DNA of 64,000 bases from the NCBI GenBank assembly GCA_964558645.1, contig CAZLEV010000009.1, positions 27,568-91,567 of the forward strand, written 5' to 3'. The notes beneath the pieces were generated by a model. It saw nothing but the letters and a program-made list of their open reading frames with translations. It ran no database searches and was not told where the DNA came from. Below are positions 39,002 to 48,570 of this stretch, in pieces (position 1 is the stretch's first letter; each line of letters opens with the position of its first letter). The translations under genes were made by a program, and so were the position numbers. The DNA is from an uncultured archaeon (GTDB lineage: Archaea; Asgardarchaeota; Thorarchaeia; Thorarchaeales; Thorarchaeaceae).

Positions 39002-40504
39002 CTAGGCTCCATTGAGGTCCTCCTTGATGAGACCCGTCGTGATATCGGCGCTCATAATCACACTGGGGACACCTGCGCCAGGATGAGTTCCAGCGCCGAC
39101 CAGGTACAGTCCTTTGATGTCTCGAGAACGATTATGAGGTCTGAACCAACCTGACTGAAGGAGAATAGGACGAAGGCTGAAGCCCGTTCCCTTATACGCA
39201 TTGAATTCGGTCTTGTAGTCCTCTGGCGTGAAGATGCTCACAACATCCAGATTATCAAGAAGACCTGGCAAGACACGACTGTCAAGCGTATCGAGGATAT
39301 GATCCTTGAATTCTTCCTTCTTGTCATCCCAGTTGGTTTTTGAGTCCAAGTTGGTCACAGGTGTACAAGCGTACATGGCTTCGCATCCGGGAGGTGCAAG
39401 CTCAGGGTCTGTACGTGTGGGAATGTGAAGGTATGTTGAGAAATCATCCGGTATCACGTGGCGTTTGAAGATATCTTTGATGAGACCCTTGTAGCGGGGT
39501 CCGAAGACGATGCTATGATGTGTCATGTCGGGATACTGCTTCTTAACTCCGAAATAAAGCATGAATAGACTCATGCTGTACTTCGCCCTTCTGTATCGCC
39601 TGTCACTGTTCTTCTTCCGATGCTTACTGCTGATAAGATCCATGTAGGTGTGAGCGACATCAGCGTTTGATATCACAACGTCTGCACCATAATACTCGCC
39701 ATCTGCGGTCTCAACACCCCTGACTCGCTTACTCTCGGTGACATCAATCGAACGCACTTCAGAGTTCAGCTTGACGGTTCCACCCAGCTCTTCAAACAGC
39801 ATAGTCATGGCCTCTACAAGCTTGTGAGTGCCTCCGCGAACCCACCAAACGCCGTGTTTCTCCTCTATGTAGGTAATCAGGGTGTAGATTGCAGTTGCTT
39901 CGAATGGGTCGCCCCCTATGAAAAGAGGATTGAAAGAGAGAGCCATCCTGAGACGGGGATCCTTCACGTGACTCGCTACGAAGCCATAGACAGACTTGTA
40001 TGCCTTGTGTCGTATGCCGGCGGGTGCGACTTTCACCATGCTCAGCAGACTGTCAAAGGCCATGGAGCCAAACTTCTCAAATCCCAGTTCATAGATCGGC
40101 TTGGCCTTCTCGAGGAACTCCTTGTAACCCTCTACATCCTTCGGGTTGAAGTTGTGAACCTGCTCAATGTTGTCTTCATAGCCAGAGTAGTCCATCTGGG
40201 TCCCGTCGCTGAAATACAGACGATACTTCGGGTCGACACGCATCAGCTCCACATAGTCGGAGGTTTCCCGACCTGCTGCGTGGAATAGGTCATCAATCAG
40301 AAACGGCGGAGTGATGATAGTAGGCCCCGTGTCGAAGGTATACCCCGCCTTTCTGAATACACTTGCCCTACCACCAAGCTGACTGCGCTTTTCAAGTAGA
40401 GTCACCGGATAGCCTGTAGCTTGCATCCGAATAGCAGCCGACAGCCCCCCGAGACCTCCACCTATTACAACCACATCTTTGTCTTTTTTGTCAACGCTGG
40501 TCAA
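39002..40504 (-). CDS. crtI: Phytoene desaturase
   Basis: GGGLGGL, GYTFDTGPT, FIGGDPF, SNAD, LQSGWFRPHN, VGAGTHPGAGVP. Confidence 0.9.
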   Translation of the reverse strand: MTSVDKKDKDVVVIGGGLGGLSAAIRMQATGYPVTLLEKRSQLGGRASVFRKAGYTFDTGPTIITPPFLIDDLFHAAGRETSDYVELMRVDPKYRLYFSDGTQMDYSGYEDNIEQVHNFNPKDVEGYKEFLEKAKPIYELGFEKFGSMAFDSLLSMVKVAPAGIRHKAYKSVYGFVASHVKDPRLRMALSFNPLFIGGDPFEATAIYTLITYIEEKHGVWWVRGGTHKLVEAMTMLFEELGGTVKLNSEVRSIDVTESKRVRGVETADGEYYGADVVISNADVAHTYMDLISSKHRKKNSDRRYRRAKYSMSLFMLYFGVKKQYPDMTHHSIVFGPRYKGLIKDIFKRHVIPDDFSTYLHIPTRTDPELAPPGCEAMYACTPVTNLDSKTNWDDKKEEFKDHILDTLDSRVLPGLLDNLDVVSIFTPEDYKTEFNAYKGTGFSLRPILLQSGWFRPHNRSRDIKGLYLVGAGTHPGAGVPSVIMSADITTGLIKEDLNGA

Positions 40505-40547
40505 TCGCTCTCCTCCTTTAGATCACACCACAACTATGACATACGGC

Positions 40548-41507
40548 TTACTGGACTTCAAGCAGTTCATGCTCCTTCTTCTCCCTCATGTACTCCCGTC
40601 GGCATCTGAAAGCAATCAGGAGCTTCTTCCACTTGGGAACAACTGCCCGCTTCTTGAAGACATCATAGTCCATACTCTCAATCTCGTCCATGATTGCCGC
40701 ATACACGCTGCTGGCCACTCTCACCGTAAATGCACCTGCAGGCGGCAAGTCATCTGTCCCCACCTCTGCACGGGCGTAGATCTGCTTTGCACGGGCAATC
40801 TCGGACTTAATCATGCGTTTGAAGTTGGGACTGGCAATCTTGTTCTCGAAATCCGAACGGCTAATCCTGAACCGTTCTCGAACATCATGAGGTATGTAGA
40901 TTCTACCGTTCTCAAAATCCTCTTCGATATCTCTTAGGATGTTTGTCAGTTGAAGGGCAATTCCAAGATCCGCAGCCCTATCGAGAGTCTGTTCTTCGGT
41001 TCTGCCCCATATATGACACATCATAATCCCCACTGTCGATGCGACATGGTAGCAGTAGTCGTAGAGCTCATCTTCGTCCTTTACGTCACGTATTGAGAGG
41101 TCCATCCGTACTCCTTCAATCAGCTCATGAAGGTACTTGAGCGGGATCTTGTACTTGACCATGGTGTCACCAAAGGCTCGGAACAATGGATGTTTGAATA
41201 CCTCGCCTCGGGACAACCGGACTGCTATCTCTTTGAGGATATCCAGCTCTTTGTCAACCTGCTCTCGGGACATGTCGGTCTCATCAGCAAAATCATCCGC
41301 GAGTCGACAAAACCCATAAAGTGCCGCAAACGCTCTACGCTCAGGCTCGTCCAAATACCGCGATGCAAAATGAAAGGATCGTGCATGAAGCTTGAAGACG
41401 TTCATGCAGTAGTCATAGCTCTCCTCCAAGTCAAGAGGCTCGCTGCTTCGAGTCTCGAATACCTCTGAGGGTAGTACCGCCATGTGGGCGGTGTAATCAC
41501 TTGGCAT
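40548..41507 (-). CDS. crtB: Phytoene synthase
   Basis: SFHFAS, LYGFCRLADDFAD, YCYHVASTVG, LGIALQLTNILRDIEED, GRIYIP. Confidence 0.92.
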   Translation of the reverse strand: MPSDYTAHMAVLPSEVFETRSSEPLDLEESYDYCMNVFKLHARSFHFASRYLDEPERRAFAALYGFCRLADDFADETDMSREQVDKELDILKEIAVRLSRGEVFKHPLFRAFGDTMVKYKIPLKYLHELIEGVRMDLSIRDVKDEDELYDYCYHVASTVGIMMCHIWGRTEEQTLDRAADLGIALQLTNILRDIEEDFENGRIYIPHDVRERFRISRSDFENKIASPNFKRMIKSEIARAKQIYARAEVGTDDLPPAGAFTVRVASSVYAAIMDEIESMDYDVFKKRAVVPKWKKLLIAFRCRREYMREKKEHELLEVQ

Positions 41508-41775
41508 CTCTTATGCACACACCTCTCTCATCTACTCGCACAGAAGTCATAGCAGATTCTTTCTAAAGAACCTTCGTCATGTCCTTCACACAACCTCTTC
41601 TGCGGATTGTAGTTTTTTGCAAATGTACATTATTAAACTGTTAGTTCGTGCCCTTCAGATATTGTCGATTTCCGGTGACAGTTTTGCCGTTTCTCCGGAA
41701 TCTAAGCATGTTCTGAGTAATCGTTATTAGAAGACTGAAGCATTACGACATCCGCTCAGGGAGGCAAATGTCAGG
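41508..41775. promoter_or_regulatory. Divergent promoter region between crtB and crtD
   Basis: AT-rich 268-bp gap with palindrome AATGTACATT (41622-41631) and TATA-like tracts. Confidence 0.45.
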
Positions 41776-43242
41776 ATGAAGGTCATAATAGTTGGCGCGG
41801 GGATTGGAGGTCTCTCACTTGCAGCACTTCTAGGCAAGAGAGGACACGATGTCACAGTCATTGAGAAGAATGAACAGCCCGGAGGGCGAGCAAGAGTATG
41901 GGAGAAGGACGGTTTTGTCTTCGATATGGGGCCTTCGTGGTATCTGATGCCTGAGATATTTGATCACTACTTCGAGCATTTCGGGAAGAAGACCCAGGAC
42001 TTCTACGAGTTGATACGCCTGAACCCATCATATAGGATATTCTTCCCAGAGTCCACCCTTGACATCTCAGCAGACCTCCAGGAGAACATGGACCTCTTCG
42101 AGAGATTGGAGGAGAACGGGGCGGAAAAACTCAGGAAGTATTTGGACCAAGCTCAAGAGAAGTATGAATACTTGCTCGATGGGCTGATGTACGAGGATCT
42201 CTCGGGAATAACAGCAATGCTTAATCCCAAGTTGATGGCAGCTGGATGGAAGCTCAGTATCCTGTCAAATATCGATAAACTCACGAAGAAGTATTTCGAT
42301 AGTGAGCGTGCGAGAAAAATCCTGCAGTATTCCATCGTCTTCTTGGGTGGAAATCCAAAGAACACCCCAGCACTCTATTCGATGATCTCACACATCGACT
42401 TTAACCTGGGTGTGTGGTACCCCTACGGAGGCTTAGGCAAGATTGTAGATGCAACACTGGGTCTTGCGAAGCAGTTTGGAGTTGAGTTTCGATTTGGAGA
42501 AGAAGTCACGGATGTCGTTATCGAGGACAAGATTGCCAAGCGAGTCATCACAGACAAGGGAGAGTACGAGGGTGATGTGGTGGTATCAAATGCAGACTAT
42601 CCCCACACGGAAATTGACTTGATTGATGAAGACTACGAAACATATTCTGAAGATTACTGGGAGAGCAAGACCATTGCTCCCTCTGCCTTTGTGTTGTATC
42701 TCGGGCTTGACAAGAAGATTGATGCTCTCACCCATCACAATGTCATCTTGGATCATGATTGGGTGAAGCATTTTGAACAGATCTTCGAGAACCCCTCTTG
42801 GCCCGATGAGCCCGCCTACTATCTGTGCTGTCCATCTAGAAAGGATGACACCGTAGCCCCAGAGGGCAAAGAGAACATCTTCGTCACCATTCCTATTTCA
42901 CCGGGAATCGAAGACACCCCTTCGATTCGCGAACGCTACTTCGACAAGATTGTTTCTCATATGGAGAAGGTTCTGAGGACGGATATCAAGGACCATATCA
43001 TTGTCAAACGAATCTTCTCTCTCAACGACTTCGCTGAAGACTACAATGCATACAAGGGTACTGCAGTAGGGTTGACACATTCATTCAGACAGTCTGCATT
43101 CTTCAGACCAAGACACAAGAGCAAGAAGGTTAAGAATCTCTATTATAGCGGTCAATATACACACCCAGGCATAGGGGTTCCCATGGTGCTCATATCCGCA
43201 GAAATCGTCGCAGACCTCATCGACGAAGACTATGCAGAATGA
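41776..43242 (+). CDS. crtD: Second CrtI-family desaturase, probably carotenoid 3,4-desaturase
   Basis: GAGIGGL, FDMGPSWYLMP, FLGG.P..TPALY, GQYTHPGIGVPM. Position upstream of lyeJ-cruF matches haloarchaeal crtD. Confidence 0.8.
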   Translation: MKVIIVGAGIGGLSLAALLGKRGHDVTVIEKNEQPGGRARVWEKDGFVFDMGPSWYLMPEIFDHYFEHFGKKTQDFYELIRLNPSYRIFFPESTLDISADLQENMDLFERLEENGAEKLRKYLDQAQEKYEYLLDGLMYEDLSGITAMLNPKLMAAGWKLSILSNIDKLTKKYFDSERARKILQYSIVFLGGNPKNTPALYSMISHIDFNLGVWYPYGGLGKIVDATLGLAKQFGVEFRFGEEVTDVVIEDKIAKRVITDKGEYEGDVVVSNADYPHTEIDLIDEDYETYSEDYWESKTIAPSAFVLYLGLDKKIDALTHHNVILDHDWVKHFEQIFENPSWPDEPAYYLCCPSRKDDTVAPEGKENIFVTIPISPGIEDTPSIRERYFDKIVSHMEKVLRTDIKDHIIVKRIFSLNDFAEDYNAYKGTAVGLTHSFRQSAFFRPRHKSKKVKNLYYSGQYTHPGIGVPMVLISAEIVADLIDEDYAE

Positions 43243-43273
43243 TTGCAGCAGAAAGGATTGGTGACTAGACAGG

Positions 43274-44167
43274 ATGACAAGTCTATTGCACCTTGCATAC
43301 AGGGTATCCAGAGTGAGATTCTGGTTATATCTCGGGGGCCCATACTTGGTTGGATACATGATTGGAGTGGCTAATACGTACCTCCAGCCCGAACCATCTT
43401 TCTTAGTGCTATACGAATTTGCTGATCCGTTCTTTGTGTTACATCTTATCTACTTCATACTCCCCGCAAACATCTTTCTCTACGGAGTCAATGATATCTC
43501 CGATAAGGACACAGATGCGTTCAATCCCAAGAAGGACGACAAGGAATACCGCGCTGTCAGACAGGACGAGAGGAAGCTCTATGGACTTGTCTTCGTTTCG
43601 TTTCTCTATGGAGCAGTTCTCGTCGCATTCCAACCCACAATGGTCGCCCGATTCATCTTCCTTTCATGGATGGCCCTTTCATTCTTGTACAGTGCACCAC
43701 CACTGAGATTGAAGGCGAAACCAGCACTTGACTTCTTGAGCAATATGCTCTATGTACTTCCTGCCATCTTGGCATTTCACCACTTGACGTTTGATATTCC
43801 ACCGATCCTGCCGCTGCTCGCCGCATTCTCGTGGGCTTGGGCGATGCATCTGTTCTCTGCGATTCCTGACATCGAGGCAGACAGAAAGGCGGGCATCCAA
43901 ACGACAGCAGTAGTTCTTGGAAGGAGGCTGTCACTCTTGCTCTGTTTCATCTTCTGGACATTCTTTGCAGGAACTCTGATCTTCATCGTGCAGTGGAATC
44001 TTCCTTTCAGCCTTCTGGCACTTGTGTATCCAGCCATTCCGATGTATGTTCTTGCAAGACCAGAAACTGATATCGAGAGAGTATACTGGTACTATCCATA
44101 CTTCACGGGGTTGTTTGGAATGGTGATCTTCTTCAGCATTGGCCTTCCCTTGGTGATACCACTATGA
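43274..44167 (+). CDS. lyeJ: Lycopene elongase/hydratase (UbiA family)
   Basis: SR.RFWLYL.G, YGVND..D.DTD..NPKK, YSAPPLRLK, AMHLFSAIPDIEADR.AGI.T. Confidence 0.85.
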   Translation: MTSLLHLAYRVSRVRFWLYLGGPYLVGYMIGVANTYLQPEPSFLVLYEFADPFFVLHLIYFILPANIFLYGVNDISDKDTDAFNPKKDDKEYRAVRQDERKLYGLVFVSFLYGAVLVAFQPTMVARFIFLSWMALSFLYSAPPLRLKAKPALDFLSNMLYVLPAILAFHHLTFDIPPILPLLAAFSWAWAMHLFSAIPDIEADRKAGIQTTAVVLGRRLSLLLCFIFWTFFAGTLIFIVQWNLPFSLLALVYPAIPMYVLARPETDIERVYWYYPYFTGLFGMVIFFSIGLPLVIPL

Positions 44168-45000
44168 GCAGATTCAAGGAGGCCTTAGTCACAGGAAGAT
44201 TCGCTAAGAGGAATATCTTCTTGCTCGTCTTCTCTCTGGCATTCTTCTTGGCAAGCTGGCTCGTCGCCAACGTTAGCATCGGGGAAGCAGTGAACTGGGT
44301 ATCAGCGCTATTCATTGTGACTATTGCATTGCCATCCTACTACTACCTCATTAGATGGGCGGGAGTAAGTAAAGGGGTCACGGTGATAGTTGTTCTGGGA
44401 GCACTTCCCGTCCTCATCGAGGCCATAGGTATCACCACGGGACTGCCCTACGGAGGCTTCTACTACACAGATATGATGGGATTCAAGATTTTCAATCTCG
44501 TGCCGTGGAGCGTCGCCTTTGCATTTGGGCCGCTGGTACTAGGGACATTGTGTCTTGCAGTAGTGGCCTCGAAAGACTGGCGAGTCGTCATCCCACTCAG
44601 CGCACTGCTTCTTGTGTTCGTTGACCTTGTCCTTGATCCCGCGGCGGTTGTGCTCAACATCTGGGTGTGGACTGAGCCAGGACCATACTACGGGATACCA
44701 ATTACCAACTATACAGGATGGTTCATCACAGCTCTAGTTGCATCAGCAGTTCTACAGCTGATTCTGACAGGCACTTCAAAGAATGCAGCGGAGATTCCTG
44801 TTGAGATTGCGGGTAGCCTTCTTATCAGCTTGTCATTTTGGGCGGGGTACTCGCTATGGACGGGTCTCTGGATCCCAGTGCTAGTGGGCGCATTGATGAT
44901 AGGGGGGATACTCTATATTATCATGGTTCAAGATGTGGAGTTCGTCCCGTTAAGTGAAGTACAGAAGCCCTCTAAGCTGCGACCAAATCGTAACGACTAA
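44164..45000 (+). CDS. cruF: Carotenoid hydratase (bisanhydrobacterioruberin hydratase type)
   Basis: E.IG..TGLPYG.F.Y, D..LDP.AV....W.W, YYGIP..NY.GW. Confidence 0.85.
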   Translation: MSRFKEALVTGRFAKRNIFLLVFSLAFFLASWLVANVSIGEAVNWVSALFIVTIALPSYYYLIRWAGVSKGVTVIVVLGALPVLIEAIGITTGLPYGGFYYTDMMGFKIFNLVPWSVAFAFGPLVLGTLCLAVVASKDWRVVIPLSALLLVFVDLVLDPAAVVLNIWVWTEPGPYYGIPITNYTGWFITALVASAVLQLILTGTSKNAAEIPVEIAGSLLISLSFWAGYSLWTGLWIPVLVGALMIGGILYIIMVQDVEFVPLSEVQKPSKLRPNRND

Positions 45001-45046
45001 TAGCAGATTAGTTGAACGAATCGAAACTGGAAATGGAGAGAATCAT

Positions 45047-46072
45047 ATGTCGAAACAGTCCCCTCCAGCATCCGCTGAGAACGAACCTGAACAGAGCTCG
45101 ATGCAGCTGCTGCTCCAGAATGGGATCATTGAAGAGCGGATGCGTATGATTGATGAGTTCATTGAGGGATACTTGGAGGATAATGTCGGTGAACCCGAAG
45201 TCCTGTATGAGGCGGCATACCATCTGATACGGGCGGGAGGTAAGAGAATGAGGTCACTGATCATGGTTCTGGCATGTGAGTCGGTTGGAGGTAGGACCTT
45301 AGATGCCTTACCTCTTGCACTGGCTGCTGAACTCCTTCAAACTGCCAGTCTAATCCACGATGATATCATCGATGAAGACTCATTCCGTAGAGGCGTCAAG
45401 ACCGTACATGATGTGTTCGGAGTGAAGATGGCAATCCTTGCTGGAGACCTCCTCATCTCTCAGGCAGTGAGACTGCTAGGCAAGTATGGAAGTTCGAATC
45501 TCCTCGAGCATATGGGAGAGGGTGGAGGCAAGATGTGTGAAGGGGAGGCAACAGACCTTCTCATGAATCCACACCACGAAGAGGCCTATAACGAAGAAAC
45601 GTACCTCCGGATGATTGAGAGAAAGACTGTGGCATTTGTTGAGGAAGCAGCCAGAACAGGAGTTCTTGTCGGAGGAGGTAGTGATGAACAGATGCAGTTG
45701 CTCCTCGAATATGCTCGGTCACTTGGTTTTGCGTTTCAGATACGAGATGATATACTGGACTTGGAGGAGAACCTGACATTCTCGGGAAAGACGCACCATT
45801 CAGACCTCAGGCTACAACGGGGCAATTACGTGGTATTGTCAGCCTTGAGTATGCTTGATAACAAGGGAAGAAGAAGACTACTTGATTCCTTGCTGAACCG
45901 AGAAACCGAAGTCATTCTGGAGATGCTGAGAAAGACCCACGCAGTTCACAGAGCCCGAAGAAAAGCACAAGAATACGTGCAGCAAGCGAAGCGAGCCCTT
46001 CGCGATAGTAGTCTTGGAAATACTGATGCGCTCCTCAACATAGCCGATTTTGTTCTTGATCGCTTCCACTAG
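45047..46072 (+). CDS. Polyprenyl diphosphate synthase
   Basis: GGKRMR, ASLIHDDIID..RRG, AILAGD, KT, FQIRDDILD. Confidence 0.9.
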   Translation: MSKQSPPASAENEPEQSSMQLLLQNGIIEERMRMIDEFIEGYLEDNVGEPEVLYEAAYHLIRAGGKRMRSLIMVLACESVGGRTLDALPLALAAELLQTASLIHDDIIDEDSFRRGVKTVHDVFGVKMAILAGDLLISQAVRLLGKYGSSNLLEHMGEGGGKMCEGEATDLLMNPHHEEAYNEETYLRMIERKTVAFVEEAARTGVLVGGGSDEQMQLLLEYARSLGFAFQIRDDILDLEENLTFSGKTHHSDLRLQRGNYVVLSALSMLDNKGRRRLLDSLLNRETEVILEMLRKTHAVHRARRKAQEYVQQAKRALRDSSLGNTDALLNIADFVLDRFH

Positions 46073-46090
46073 AACTGCGCCGGAGTTAGC

Positions 46091-47161
46091 ATGATGGAAT
46101 CGCCCATTTCGGACACCAACGAAGAAGACCCGAAGAATACATCCAGGATTAAGAGCTATCTACAACTCATCAGACCACCCTTTCTCGTTGCAACTTCTCT
46201 CTCCATGATTCTCGGGACGACCATAGCCTGGGTAAGGACGGGGTCATATGACCCCTTGCTCTTTGCCATGACCATCACTGCAGGAGTACTGATTCATGCG
46301 GGGACAAACGCAAGCAATGACTACTTTGATCACCTGAGTGGAAATGATGATGTAAATCAGGACTTTGTGGCACCATATACCGGAGGGAGTCGGATGATTC
46401 AGCTTGGCAGGGTCAGCCCCTATGAGGTCCTAGCACTCTCGTTGTCTTTGCTCGCCGGGGCAATCTTCCTTGGCGCGATTCTGGCATCACTGAAGGGATA
46501 CTTCATCCTGATTCTCGGGGCGATCGGGGTCTTCTCTGGGTTCTGCTATGCGGCTCCACCTATTCGTCTAGCCAGCAGAGGCATTGGCGAACCGTTGGTT
46601 GGATTGAACTTCGGAGTTCTCCTCGTTCTCGGCGCTTACTACATTCAGACCGATTCGGTTGCCATCGAACCAATACTCGCATCCATACCCATCGCAACAA
46701 CGATAACGGCCGTCTTATGGATCAACGAATTCCCTGATTTTGCGGCAGACAAAGCTGCGGGAAAAGATACCCTCGTTGTCAGGCTTGGAACGAAGAGAGC
46801 AAGCCGTGCTTACATCATCCTAGTCTTTGCCGCCTATCTGTTGACGGTTCTCGCCATTCTTGGTAACGCAATAGCGCTCACCGCACTCCTAGCACTTTCC
46901 ACATCACCTCTTGGAATCGTAGCCGTCTACACTGCCAAGAAGTTCCATGACAGTCCGTCTAGACTGGCCCCCTCCTGTAGTGCAACTGTTGTCATGCACC
47001 TGCTTTTCGTGACTTCTCTTATCATCGGCTATCTTCTGCTTGGACTTAGTTGTGATTGGCTTGCTTTTGTCATATGCTTTGTCATCATGACTGCAACGTC
47101 TCTATTGATAGTGCTGTGGATGCGCCGACGGGCAACCATGACGCAACCAAGTGGTGCTTAA
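46091..47161 (+). CDS. menA: 1,4-dihydroxy-2-naphthoate polyprenyltransferase
   Basis: NASNDYFDHLSGND, GGSR, Y..PP.RL..RGIGE, NEFPD..AD..AGKDTLVVRLG. Confidence 0.85.
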   Translation: MMESPISDTNEEDPKNTSRIKSYLQLIRPPFLVATSLSMILGTTIAWVRTGSYDPLLFAMTITAGVLIHAGTNASNDYFDHLSGNDDVNQDFVAPYTGGSRMIQLGRVSPYEVLALSLSLLAGAIFLGAILASLKGYFILILGAIGVFSGFCYAAPPIRLASRGIGEPLVGLNFGVLLVLGAYYIQTDSVAIEPILASIPIATTITAVLWINEFPDFAADKAAGKDTLVVRLGTKRASRAYIILVFAAYLLTVLAILGNAIALTALLALSTSPLGIVAVYTAKKFHDSPSRLAPSCSATVVMHLLFVTSLIIGYLLLGLSCDWLAFVICFVIMTATSLLIVLWMRRRATMTQPSGA

Positions 47162-47386
47162 ATCGAGGGCTTCTAACAAGGGATTGATACTGGCTCACAG
47201 TATCACGCCTCGAAATCAGAACGTCTGCTCAGCCGGTAGCAACCTCTCTGCTGCCGGCACCTTTTCAAAAAGCTGAAATACTTCTCTCAGTGGGCATTCA
47301 CAGTAGTCTGCATATCAGAAGAAGTATGATAAGATATTCAACCCTATCATCAATTGGTTTCGCGGGTTCAAGGAACGGTGGATTAA

Positions 47387-48184
47387 GTGTCATGGCGTCT
47401 TCTTGACGAGGACAGTACGGATGTATACTGGAATCTTGCTCTAGAGGAGGCCATAGCCAAAACCAATGCTGAACGAAAGTGTAAGACTAACACGCTCAGA
47501 TTCTGGCGATCCAAAGACGCCGTAGTTATGGGAAGATTGCAGTGCCTGCACAGAGAGGTTAACATTGCGTACTGCCAGCGAAACAACATAGACATGGCAC
47601 GAAGGTTTACTGGCGGAGGCACCGTCTTCCATGACCTTGGAAATCTGAATTTCGCAATCTGTGTGGATCAAAGGAAACCCTATGCGTTCAAGACCCTCCG
47701 GGAGCTCTATTGGAACTACATAGGGTTCATCGCACAGGGCCTTCGTGCAATCGGCATCAATGCAGCGTACGACGAGAGAGGGGCTTGCATAAGAGTCGCA
47801 GGATCCAAGATAACTGGGACTGCAGGCTGGGTCAAGCATGGAGTTTCATTCATCCATGGAACTCTTCTCATCGAGTCCGACCTGGATCGACTGCGAAAAT
47901 CACTCAGGGTTCTCCCAGACCAGCCGAAGTACTTCAGAGACAGAAGGAGAGTCCGATGCACGGAAAGCAAGAGAGACAGAGTCACTAGTATTGCACGTGC
48001 CGTCAGCGACAGACCTTCCGATGGTGTAATCAAGAGGGCAATAATCACAAGCATCGAGTCTCTAACGAACTGTAGAGTAGAACCGGGAATTGTGACTGAC
48101 AAGGAGCTAGAGACTGCAGAGGTTTTATATCGGCAGCGGTACAGTCAGCCGGAATGGAACATGGGCTATCCAGCCGATGAATAG
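47387..48184 (+). CDS. lplA: Lipoate-protein ligase A family
   Basis: NLALEEA, RRFTGGGTVFHDLGNLNF, KITG, HGTLL. Confidence 0.88.
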   Translation: MSWRLLDEDSTDVYWNLALEEAIAKTNAERKCKTNTLRFWRSKDAVVMGRLQCLHREVNIAYCQRNNIDMARRFTGGGTVFHDLGNLNFAICVDQRKPYAFKTLRELYWNYIGFIAQGLRAIGINAAYDERGACIRVAGSKITGTAGWVKHGVSFIHGTLLIESDLDRLRKSLRVLPDQPKYFRDRRRVRCTESKRDRVTSIARAVSDRPSDGVIKRAIITSIESLTNCRVEPGIVTDKELETAEVLYRQRYSQPEWNMGYPADE

Positions 48185-48187
48185 AGT

Positions 48188-48562
48188 ATGGATACGGAGC
48201 CTTGCCGCACAATGACTGAAGACATTGAGAAGACTCTCAGGAGTTTCATGAAGCACTTTGGTGCCCTGAACAGAGACATCCCCGACACACGCAACGCCTT
48301 TAGTGATCTTCTGAAAACGGTTCATCGCGATGGCGCACTGACTGCGAAGGTCAAAGAGATCATGTGCATAGTGGCATCGATTCTTGCGCCCTGTGAATCT
48401 TGCATGGTCTATCACACAAAGAAGGCTCTTGATGCAGGAGCCTCCAGGGAAGAGATAATGGAGGGCTGTGCGGTAGCCATAGTCATGGGCGGGGGACCAG
48501 CTGCGGCCCACATTGCTACAGTCCAAGATGCTCTCGATGAGTGGGCACCACGGAAGAAATAG
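48188..48562 (+). CDS. Carboxymuconolactone decarboxylase/AhpD family protein
   Basis: DGAL..K.KE, CESCMVYH, A..AGASREEI.E, MGGGP. Confidence 0.88.
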   Translation: MDTEPCRTMTEDIEKTLRSFMKHFGALNRDIPDTRNAFSDLLKTVHRDGALTAKVKEIMCIVASILAPCESCMVYHTKKALDAGASREEIMEGCAVAIVMGGGPAAAHIATVQDALDEWAPRKK

Positions 48563-48570
48563 TCACAGAC

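Noticed and set aside
39002-46072. Retinal/rhodopsin or hopanoid/squalene interpretation of the crt genes
   Set aside because: No lycopene cyclase, blh/brp, opsin or squalene cyclase is present; lyeJ and cruF point to C50 carotenoids.
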